Positions 56,459 to 64,000 of a stretch of DNA of 64,000 nt are shown piece by piece. The stretch comes from Candidatus Parcubacteria bacterium (lineage in GTDB: Bacteria; Patescibacteriota; Saccharimonadia; UBA4664; JBIOIQ01): NCBI GenBank assembly GCA_963718875.1, contig OY970378.1:260396-324395 (forward strand), written 5' to 3'. Below the pieces are notes generated by a model. The model was not told where the DNA came from and made no database searches. It saw nothing but the letters and a program-made list of their open reading frames with translations. Each line of letters starts with the position of its first letter. Position 1 is the stretch's first letter. Both the position numbers and the translations under genes were made by a program.

Positions 56459-57514
56459 GTGACGTATCTAGTTGCTTTTCTATTAGCAGCGGCATTGAGC
56501 GGGCTTATAACACCATTTGTCAGGCGTTACGCTATACGCAAAAACATTATGGCTCGTCCAAGTGCGCGTAAAATTCATACTAGCCCGGTGCCTTACTTGG
56601 GGGGAGCAGCAATTTTTGTAGGCTTTGTGATCCCTGCTCTTATAATGTTACCTTTGCACCGGCGCTTCGTGGCTTTGATTTTGGGCATTGCCATACTGGT
56701 AGTTTTAGGTATAGCCGATGACATTCGGCCGATAAGGCCTTTGTATAAGCTAGTATGGCAAGTAGTGGCAGCCTTGGTCGTGCTGGCGGGGGGGATTGGG
56801 ATTGTTCAAATCAACAACCCGTTTGGCGGTGTTATAAACTTGTCGGAATGGCGATACGCTGTTGATTGGAACGGATTTCATTTTCATATTGCGCCGCTGG
56901 CTAATTTTTTAAGCATTTTGTGGATGGTGGGCTTAGTAAATGCTATGAATTTTTTAGACGGTCTCGATGGATTAGCGTGTGGCGTTTCGGCCATTGCGGG
57001 GCTGACGATGTTTTTACTTTCAATTGGTCCCAAGGTTAATCAACCCCAGGTAGCTTTACTAGCTATAATCATGACTGGTGCAGCTATTGGTTTTTTGCCG
57101 TTTAATTTTTACCCTGCAAAAATTTTTATGGGTGACGGAGGCGCGTATTTCTTGGGGTTAACATTGGCGCTGCTTTCCATCTATTCTGGCGGTAAGCTAG
57201 CTACGGCGGCCTTGGTATTGGGTTTTACAATTTATGATGCAGTTTGGGCCGTAGTGAGAAGGCTATACCACAAAACCTCGCCTTTTAAGCCCGACAAGGG
57301 ACACTTGCATCATCTTTTGCTTGAGGCTGGGTTTTCTCAACGTCGAGCGGTGATGACGCTTTATGCCCTGGCTTTGCTGTTTGGTATGGTGGCGGTATAC
57401 TCTGGCAGTTTTGTAAAGTTAGTTAGTTTGGTAGTGCTGTTCATAATTTTGACAACAGCAACGGCCTTTTTGACAACGCTGTCGTGGCGTAAGAGTAAAA
57501 AACTGTCTAGCTGA
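56459..57514 (+). CDS. Undecaprenyl-phosphate N-acetylhexosamine-1-phosphate transferase (WecA/TagO, MraY-like GT4)
   Basis: Polyprenyl-phosphate HexNAc-1-P transferase topology and DDxxD-like MNFLDGLDG. Confidence 0.65.
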   Translation: MTYLVAFLLAAALSGLITPFVRRYAIRKNIMARPSARKIHTSPVPYLGGAAIFVGFVIPALIMLPLHRRFVALILGIAILVVLGIADDIRPIRPLYKLVWQVVAALVVLAGGIGIVQINNPFGGVINLSEWRYAVDWNGFHFHIAPLANFLSILWMVGLVNAMNFLDGLDGLACGVSAIAGLTMFLLSIGPKVNQPQVALLAIIMTGAAIGFLPFNFYPAKIFMGDGGAYFLGLTLALLSIYSGGKLATAALVLGFTIYDAVWAVVRRLYHKTSPFKPDKGHLHHLLLEAGFSQRRAVMTLYALALLFGMVAVYSGSFVKLVSLVVLFIILTTATAFLTTLSWRKSKKLSS

Positions 57515-57590
57515 ATCGATGTTATTCAAAAGTTGAATTTGAATTGTTGCTGCAGCCTTGCTATAATGCAACAACAAGTAAGAGGGCACT

Positions 57591-57929
57591 ATGAGTAGGA
57601 AACAGTTACAAGAACTCATCAAAAACTTACAAGAGTTTTATAAGTGCCCATCTTGTGAGACCCATTATCATTTTGACGACATAAAAGTGTTGGGTCAGAT
57701 AGATCAGTATTGTTTTGTTCAGCTAGGGTGTCACGAATGCTCAATGCCGGTGCTTGCTACAGTTTCACTGGGCGCAAAACCGGGTCGTAGGCGTGGATCT
57801 GATCTCAAGGCTAATGAGGGTGCAAAATTCGCGAGCAAAGGCTCGATTACAGCTGATGAAATTGCCGGATTCCATCGTTTCCTTTCGGAAATGCGTGGAA
57901 GCTTTGGGAAAATCAGCCGTAGCAAATAA
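57591..57929 (+). CDS. Zn-ribbon protein, unknown function
   Basis: CPSCETH...CHEC. Confidence 0.35.
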   Translation: MSRKQLQELIKNLQEFYKCPSCETHYHFDDIKVLGQIDQYCFVQLGCHECSMPVLATVSLGAKPGRRRGSDLKANEGAKFASKGSITADEIAGFHRFLSEMRGSFGKISRSK

Positions 57930-57975
57930 ACTAAACACTCTTACTAAACTTATAAAAAGGGCTTATAGCTAAAAA

Positions 57976-58659
57976 ATGGATAAAATTATGTTAGCTGCGA
58001 CCACACGCAGCGAATTGGGCAAACAAGTTAAAAAACTCCGAGTAACCGGTAAGGTTCCAGCTATTGTCTATGGTCATGGATCTACGCCAGAACCAATTAC
58101 GCTCGATAGTCAGGTAGTGGAAAAAGTTTATTCCCATGCTGGCAGTAATAAGATTGTAGAGCTTAAAGTTAGCGATGCAAAGGCCCAAAATGTATTGTTT
58201 TATGATGTGCAACACGACAGTCGAACTGGTGCCATAACCCATGCCGACCTATATCGAGTAAGAATGGATGAGAAAATTCGAACCGAGGTGCCTTTGCACT
58301 ACGTGGGTGAATCAACAGCGGTCTATCAGCTAGAAGGTACCTTATTGAAAAATCTAGAAACCATTGAGATTGAGGCCTTGCCGGCTGATTTGCCTGAGTC
58401 TATTGAAGTTGATATCTCGATTTTGGACGATTTTGAGAAAACTATTCACGTTCGAGATCTTATAATCCCATCTGGAGTTACACTTTTAACTGAAGAAGAA
58501 GAGCTTGTTGCCAAGGTTGAGGAGCCTCGCAGCGAAGAAGAATTGGCCGAGCTTGATGCTGAAGTTGTGGAAGAGCTACCTGAAGGCGCCGTTGAAGATA
58601 CTGAGGTGATTGTTGAGGAAAATGAGGGTGGTAAGGACAAGCAAGACAAAGGCGAGTAA
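57976..58659 (+). CDS. rplY: 50S ribosomal protein L25 / general stress protein Ctc
   Basis: L25/Ctc N-terminal beta-barrel plus acidic C-terminal tail. Confidence 0.7.
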   Translation: MDKIMLAATTRSELGKQVKKLRVTGKVPAIVYGHGSTPEPITLDSQVVEKVYSHAGSNKIVELKVSDAKAQNVLFYDVQHDSRTGAITHADLYRVRMDEKIRTEVPLHYVGESTAVYQLEGTLLKNLETIEIEALPADLPESIEVDISILDDFEKTIHVRDLIIPSGVTLLTEEEELVAKVEEPRSEEELAELDAEVVEELPEGAVEDTEVIVEENEGGKDKQDKGE

Positions 58660-58860
58660 GCACGTATCTCGTACTTTACGCATTACGTTGTCGAAGTCTC
58701 CAGTCCTTACTCGCCGTAGTATTGTCTACGCCTCATTCCGGGCTTCATCTTCTTCTAGTACTGCATTAAGGTACGAGATACTCTAGCCTTTAGCGCATCA
58801 CTGATTTGATCCAGTAAAAAAGCAGCCAAGTTGGCTGCTTTTTTGATCTTCGGAATACCA

Positions 58861-58893
58861 AAACTTGTCATCCTGAATGTATTTCAGGATCCA
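58861..58893 (+). repeat. Third, short copy of the TGTCATCCTGAA...TTCAGGAT hairpin repeat, downstream of rplY
   Basis: CTTGTCATCCTGAATGTATTTCAGGATCC. Confidence 0.5.
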
Positions 58894-59020
58894 CTACATA
58901 GGTTTGGAGTTATGGCCTCAGCCTGTCCGATCTGAGTGTAATCTAAAGGCAGAAGGTCTCTCGTAGCTTCAAAGTTGGCCTTCGACTACGCTCAGGCAAT
59001 AAGATTTTGACGCACAGCCG

Positions 59021-59467
59021 CTAACTGTACTTTTTAAGCTCCCGCTTTATCTCGGCGTTTGAGCTTAGTGAGGCGTGGGAGCTAAGGAAGCGCAAGAAAG
59101 CCGGCATGTGGTAGTGCTTAAGAGTGTAGAGAATAATACTTGTGACCTCAGCTTTGGATACTACTGTTTTTTGTAGATCTAGAATTTTAGCCTCAATAGT
59201 GTCTGTAACGGCCTCGACAGTGTCGGGGTCTGCTTGGTTGTGCTCAAAGCTAGCATAAATATCACTAAACAAGCGAGAACGGTTGTAGGGTCGTATGAGC
59301 CCGCTGGAGCCGCTTATGCTTAAAAACCCTAAATCTACCTGTTCGTAAGTAGTAAAGCTCTTAGAACAGCTCTGACAGCGTCTACGACGCCATATTTGGC
59401 TACCAAAGCGCGTGGCGCGGGAGTTAAAGACCTGGCTATTGCTTTCACGGCAAAAAGGACATTTCAT
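59021..59467 (-). CDS. nrdR: Transcriptional repressor NrdR
   Basis: MKCPFCRESNSQVFNSRATRFGSQIWRRRRCQSCSKSFTTYE Zn-ribbon plus ATP-cone. Confidence 0.8.
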   Translation of the reverse strand: MKCPFCRESNSQVFNSRATRFGSQIWRRRRCQSCSKSFTTYEQVDLGFLSISGSSGLIRPYNRSRLFSDIYASFEHNQADPDTVEAVTDTIEAKILDLQKTVVSKAEVTSIILYTLKHYHMPAFLRFLSSHASLSSNAEIKRELKKYS

Positions 59468-59639
59468 GACAACATGTTGTCATATGACTATTAAAAAGTC
59501 GAGTGGAAAACTTTAGTGAAAATGGGGATAAAGGGGATGACATCGAGTAATTATTGATTTTAAGGTCGTTCGATACTATAATAAGCCGACGCCTTGGCTG
59601 CAAGTCGAGGGGAACCAAATCGTCACAGATCAGCCCAGC

Positions 59640-59736
59640 CCTGTACCGATGTATTGGTACAGGACCGATTCCTAAAGTTGGCTTAGTAACCGAAATGTCC
59701 GATTTACAACTCAACTCTCTCGAAAGGAGAGCAGCA
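59640..59736 (+). promoter_or_regulatory. Hairpin (CCTGTACCGATGTATTGGTACAGG) plus promoter/leader module (ii) variant
   Basis: Alignable with 47540-47630 (GGCTTAGTA..CGAAA...GATTTACA....CTCTCGAAAGGAG). Confidence 0.5.
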
Positions 59737-60057
59737 ATGGATCTAGCTGTGAGATTGGGACTCGGAGTGGCCGTAACGCTTTGTGTTCTGACTTTCATCG
59801 TGAGCGTTGCAAAAATTTTCCTGGCGGACGACCCGGTGGGCGCAGACGCTGCTTTGTCAAAGGCATGCGGAAGCCTGGGGTTGAGTTTGATCTTTACCTC
59901 GGGGATCATGCTTAAGATTCATCAGTATTACTGGATGCTGATTCTGCTTGCCCTAGCCGGACTTGCTCATGGTGCATGGTGGTGTATTCGTAGGCAGCGC
60001 ATCAGGATGGGCGAAGCAACCCCGCTGCGAGAATGGTTTCGTCGCCCGACACTTTGA
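59737..60057 (+). CDS. Small GC-rich membrane protein
   Basis: RBS AAAGGAGAG; 2-3 TM. Confidence 0.4.
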   Translation: MDLAVRLGLGVAVTLCVLTFIVSVAKIFLADDPVGADAALSKACGSLGLSLIFTSGIMLKIHQYYWMLILLALAGLAHGAWWCIRRQRIRMGEATPLREWFRRPTL

Positions 60058-60104
60058 TACTGGCTTGATTGAAAACCTACGATCTCTTTCGAAAGGAGAG
60101 TATC

Positions 60105-60503
60105 TTGATTCCGAGCAGAGATGCTGTTGATGGCTTCATGATAGCCACGTCGTTGTTAGTGCCGTTTGTTACCTGCTTGGGGCTGGGCCTGTCCCGTCGC
60201 TTCCGGTTCGGGTTTCGGGTGGCGAGCGTAGCTGTGTTTCAGCTTGGTTGCGTTGGTGTCATTCTGTGGCTACTGACCCGGTTTGGTTGGAGTCAGACTT
60301 GGGAGGCCGCAAGACATGTCCGCCAGGTAAACGTGGTTGGGGGGTGGGTCTTGAACATATTGTTCTATATATGCCTGGCCTCACCCTTACTCTCGCTGGG
60401 TTTCTTGTGGGACTGTTTCCGGTACTCTCGAGGTCTCGCCGTTGCTCCTTTTGGCTTGAGGATTTACGTTGTCAAGCCAATCTATCGTAAAGGAGTGGTC
60501 TAG
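60105..60503 (+). CDS. Small GC-rich membrane protein; same leader as previous gene
   Basis: Leader CTCTTTCGAAAGGAGAG then TTG start; 3-4 TM. Confidence 0.35.
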   Translation: MIPSRDAVDGFMIATSLLVPFVTCLGLGLSRRFRFGFRVASVAVFQLGCVGVILWLLTRFGWSQTWEAARHVRQVNVVGGWVLNILFYICLASPLLSLGFLWDCFRYSRGLAVAPFGLRIYVVKPIYRKGVV

Positions 60504-60608
60504 CGTGGCAGAATGATCGAGAGTGCGCTTAGAATCGGCCTATGTCGGCTAACTAGTCCCCGTAAAATACCTTGCATTAGTGCGGGGTCCCTACGGGGAC
60601 TTCGTACT

Positions 60609-61058
60609 TTAGGACCGCGCTGCCACTAATTCATCGCTGGCCTTTGCTTGATCTTTGGACTTGGTAAGCTCCTGCTTGGCCTTGAGGTACTTTATCAATC
60701 CCCAGCTTTGCTTAATGAGTAGGGTGTAGTCATTAATGATTTCTGTTATTTGCTCGCGACTAGCAGTCTGGTGGTTTTCGAGCAGGCGAATGGTTTCTTC
60801 GGCAGCGATCCTAGCGGCGTGAAGGCATTCTAGCTTAATTACATAGCTATATCGACGATGTGTTTCGGCAATATAGTGGGCTACGGCAGCACTGGATCGG
60901 CGTAAATCATTGCCTAGGGGATAAAACTGTTCGGCCGGAATACTTTTAGCCAAATCATAAACTTGGTCTTCAAGTGACCTTGCCAACTGGTAGATCCTTA
61001 GGTGCTCTATTGAAGTATTTGTTTTGTTTGGGTTTGTTGTAGTATCTGATTGACTCAT
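60609..61058 (-). CDS. Four-helix-bundle protein (23S rRNA intervening-sequence protein family, TIGR02436-like)
   Basis: LRIYQLARSLEDQVYDLAKSIPAEQFYPLGNDLRRSSAAVAHYIAETHRR matches family consensus. Confidence 0.55.
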   Translation of the reverse strand: MSQSDTTTNPNKTNTSIEHLRIYQLARSLEDQVYDLAKSIPAEQFYPLGNDLRRSSAAVAHYIAETHRRYSYVIKLECLHAARIAAEETIRLLENHQTASREQITEIINDYTLLIKQSWGLIKYLKAKQELTKSKDQAKASDELVAARS

Positions 61059-61704
61059 AGTCCAATCTCCTCATTAGTTAACCCCTCCCTAAATCAGGAT
61101 AACCGAACAAATACCGAACTGTCAAGACATGAAAATGCCCGCTTTTTTCTTTCTGGATTCCCTACCCGGAGTGCCAAGCTAGGCAATGGTTGGACTTGGC
61201 TTCCGATAGGGAATGACGGATGGGGGGTTAGTGAATAAGGTGCGCGGGTGAATTAAATTGTCTAGCTAGCTAGGAGTCTCGTTTGGAGGTAATGGGTTTT
61301 GCAAGTCTTCTGTAAGTTTATGAACATTTTCTTGGCTTAAGCCAACACCCACATCTGTTTCTAAAGAGTCGAAATCAAGCGTTTCATGTTTGTTGTGGGT
61401 TAGTTCAATATCTTCATAAAAACTGTCGTGGTCAAAATTGTACTTGTATTGTTTTTCCACCATACGCTCAAAGCTTCCCTATCGTAAAAAACCTTGTTAC
61501 AAAGTCACAAATAATTTAGTCAGGGGGTATTGTATCTGGATGCTATAGATACAACAACCGCTCATGCTCACAAAAAAAAGCACTTAAAACGTACAACTAT
61601 TTGGAACATTGAGGAATACGTTCATGATTAGGCTCAATATTGAGTGGCAAAAGAATAATTGACTATTAAGCCAAAATAAGCTACTCTGATATGTAATTGC
61701 GAGG

Positions 61705-64000
61705 GTGAGAAGGAATTTTAACCTCATTCTTAGGCGTTTCAAAACATTCAAAATATTGAGTTTACTCGTTGTTGCGAGTGTTTTTTTATTTAACAACGAA
61801 ACGCGAGCTGCTGATAGGGGTTGGATAAAAACTGCCTTTTCCGGATCTTCCGTTAGTTTTGTTGGGGTTAACCCCTATCAGCAGGCAGAAGTGCTTGTGG
61901 TTGTAGATGGTAGCGCCCAATTAACCCTGGATGGAGGTATATTGTGGCGCCCAACACCAATTCCTTCCATGATTACGTCACTAGCGTTCGACCCAGTACA
62001 CCCAGATGTTATGTATGCAGGTACTCAAAGAGGAGTTTATAGAAGTACTGATCTGGGTATTAGCTGGCAGCTATTCGGGAGTTTGCAGTCTCAGGTGCTA
62101 CTTGTATCGAGTATTGCTATCAATAACGATGCTATTTTTACAACGGAATATGCTGGAACAGGTAGTGGATATCAAGAGATGTTTAAATTTGATCGTAATG
62201 GACATACGACACAATTGACATTCCCTGGTGTATTACCGCAGACGCTAACATCTGATTCAAGTACAGGAAATGTATATGTTGGAACAGTAGGTTCGCTGTA
62301 TCGTACGAAAGACAGCGGTGTTAGCTGGCAAAATGTCGCTAACGTGGGGTCGATAGGGGCTTTTACAAATAAAATTGTGGCTCAAAACGGGCAAATATGG
62401 CAAACCTCGCCAAGTGGAGTATATAAATCGGATAATTCTGGCATCTCGTGGATTAGATTGGGAGGATATCCTGAGATCGAAGAATTTTATCCAGGGCTGA
62501 ACAGTCATACTCGCGGCTTGGCTAATAATGGGGTAAATGCTTTCTTTGGTTTAAAGGAAACTTTTTCTAAAATTCATGAGGTTTACCAGCTTGGTGGAGG
62601 AGCACCTAATAGTTTAAGTTTCCCTGACTTTCCAAATGATATCGCTGCGGGCAATGAGCAGCTTTGGGTAGCAGGAGATACTGGACTTTGGCGTATCGGG
62701 GGAATAGTAAAGAATCAAGCTCAAATCAAGCGTCCGTTGGTTGTTGTACCAGGGACTTTGGGAAGCTGGAGTGTGTTAGGGAAATGGAAGCTAGATCCAA
62801 TTACTGGGACCTACAATAACCTAATGAAGGCATTAGAAGAGAAAGGTTATATAAAAGGCGTAACGCTGTTTGATTTTCCCTACAATTGGCGTGCGGATAA
62901 TAATGACTCGGCGCATTTGTTGGCCGAAAAAATAGCCGGTATTAAGTTGTCATGTCAATGTGAGGGCGTAGATGTAATAGGCCACTCTCAAGGTGGTCTG
63001 GTTGCTAGGGCTTACATTCAAAGCAATTATTATCTTAATGACGTTGCAAACTTGATTCAGCTTGGAACGCCCAATGCTGGCTCAGTTGAGGATTATTCGA
63101 TATGGGAAGCGGGGGTGAGTAGCGATCGGGACAAGTACATACGTTTAATGATGAAGCTTTTTAACATCGAATCAGTAGAGAACGGGTTCCTAAATTTAAC
63201 TACTTATATAAGAGCTAGAGTACCATCTGTAAATCAGCTCTTGCCTACGTTCAGTTATATAAAAGGTAGAGAGTACCCTGATGGTTATCCTCTCAATTCC
63301 TTTCTCGATACACTGAATGCTCCTGCTAATGTAGCTTTATTAAGAACTCGAACGAACTTATACATAGTTGGCTCTAAAAGTAAGATAACTCTTGAAGAAA
63401 TCGAAGTTGGTAGTAAGGGGGAAGGTGGTAATTGGCCTCACGGAAAAATAGTAAAAAAGATATATGGCGAAGGAGATGATACTGTTCCTTTCAAAAGCCT
63501 TGCTGCATTGTCCTCGCCAAGCTTACTAGACGACGAGGATCATGGTGGGCTAGCAAAACATCCCAATCAGATATGGATCCAGCATCTACTCGGGGATGAA
63601 GTGAAAAAATCATCTTATACTAATGATCCTAACAGGCTCATGCTCGTTTATGTGCAATCACCAGTACGAATTTCAATAACTGATCCAAATGGCCAACAAT
63701 TAAATGATGATGTTAGCCAAATAGAAGGGGCGTTCTACACTGGCTCAAATGAAATTGTGCAGTTTGCAACAATACCTCAACCGACAACTGGTCGTTACCA
63801 AATCAAGCTCACTGGTAAGTCTAGTGGTAAATACACAATTGGTGTGGCTATTTTTGACGATGAGAAAGGAGATATAGATGTACAGCAGGGTGGAGAAACG
63901 ACTTCAAGTCAAACTAACGAATATGATTTTATACTAGAAAAAAATACTTTAGAAGAACGTTCATCGCTGCCCAAGACTAATACTAGATTAGTGATGGAAA
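61705..64000 (+). CDS. Large secreted multidomain protein (partial; continues past window end): BNR/sialidase-type repeats, then PGAP1/lipase-like alpha/beta hydrolase (GHSQGG), then PPC-like beta-domain
   Basis: Hand-translated frame 1 open from 61690 to window end; SxDxGxSW repeats at least 4 times; VIGHSQGGLVARAY; signal-peptide-like ILSLLVVASVFLF; absent from ORF track (no stop in window); start codon uncertain (GTG 61705 or TTG 61756). Confidence 0.5.
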   Translation, partial: MRRNFNLILRRFKTFKILSLLVVASVFLFNNETRAADRGWIKTAFSGSSVSFVGVNPYQQAEVLVVVDGSAQLTLDGGILWRPTPIPSMITSLAFDPVHPDVMYAGTQRGVYRSTDLGISWQLFGSLQSQVLLVSSIAINNDAIFTTEYAGTGSGYQEMFKFDRNGHTTQLTFPGVLPQTLTSDSSTGNVYVGTVGSLYRTKDSGVSWQNVANVGSIGAFTNKIVAQNGQIWQTSPSGVYKSDNSGISWIRLGGYPEIEEFYPGLNSHTRGLANNGVNAFFGLKETFSKIHEVYQLGGGAPNSLSFPDFPNDIAAGNEQLWVAGDTGLWRIGGIVKNQAQIKRPLVVVPGTLGSWSVLGKWKLDPITGTYNNLMKALEEKGYIKGVTLFDFPYNWRADNNDSAHLLAEKIAGIKLSCQCEGVDVIGHSQGGLVARAYIQSNYYLNDVANLIQLGTPNAGSVEDYSIWEAGVSSDRDKYIRLMMKLFNIESVENGFLNLTTYIRARVPSVNQLLPTFSYIKGREYPDGYPLNSFLDTLNAPANVALLRTRTNLYIVGSKSKITLEEIEVGSKGEGGNWPHGKIVKKIYGEGDDTVPFKSLAALSSPSLLDDEDHGGLAKHPNQIWIQHLLGDEVKKSSYTNDPNRLMLVYVQSPVRISITDPNGQQLNDDVSQIEGAFYTGSNEIVQFATIPQPTTGRYQIKLTGKSSGKYTIGVAIFDDEKGDIDVQQGGETTSSQTNEYDFILEKNTLEERSSLPKTNTRLVME

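Noticed and set aside
1-64000. CRISPR array
   Set aside because: No regularly spaced short direct repeats with unique spacers. The recurring repeats are 45-120 bp, irregularly spaced (0.4-3 kb) and flank ORFs. No cas genes.

Overview
Sequence-only analysis of a 64-kb window from a low-GC (about 45%) Gram-positive-type genome of uncertain lineage. Backbone genes seen: PAS sensor, NDH-2, a coproporphyrin-type heme operon hemC-hemD-hemQ-hemE-hemH, two DAGK-family lipid kinases plus a PAP2 phosphatase, an MFS transporter, ECF sigma factor, type IV pilin-like proteins, a GT2 synthase, WecA/TagO, rplY, nrdR, and three tRNAs (Asp, Thr, Gly). The main finding is an approximately 18.5-kb accretion array at 30.85-49.4 kb, lying directly downstream of the 3' end of a tRNA-Asp(GTC) gene. 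It holds more than 12 small gene cassettes, most visibly GC-rich and reading as foreign against the backbone. The cassettes are separated by a ~45-bp repeat (A: TGGCGGGAGCTTATTAACGATTTTCGAACGGTTTTAGCCTCATAAA). Repeat A is a diverged copy of the tRNA-Asp acceptor/T-arm 3' end. A ~230-bp block flanking the real tRNA is duplicated next to an internal A copy. Cassettes sit on both strands and carry their own promoters and terminators, built from a few shared sequence modules: a bidirectional promoter B, leader (ii), and hairpins C, D, E, F, G and H. Solo cassettes using the same modules are scattered elsewhere in the window: near 3.9-4.9, 5.87-6.3, 10.7-12.9, 19.2-19.7, 21.0-21.6, 26.3-28.1, 50.55-51.0 and 59.6-60.6 kb. 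No integrase, transposase or phage structural gene is visible. Cassette cargo includes hicBA with a frameshifted hicA, a ParB-like nuclease, a CYTH domain protein, an ICMT-like methyltransferase, a GlcG/DUF336 protein, hydrolases, Zn-ribbon proteins and a two-member paralog family. Other items: a Y-family polymerase module bracketed by hairpin-containing direct repeats, a tRNA-Gly with a duplicated 3' end and a 137-bp GC-rich insert, and a ~185-bp inverted-repeat element inside the heme operon. All coordinates and motif readings were made by eye and GC statements are not computed; treat them as +/- a few bp.
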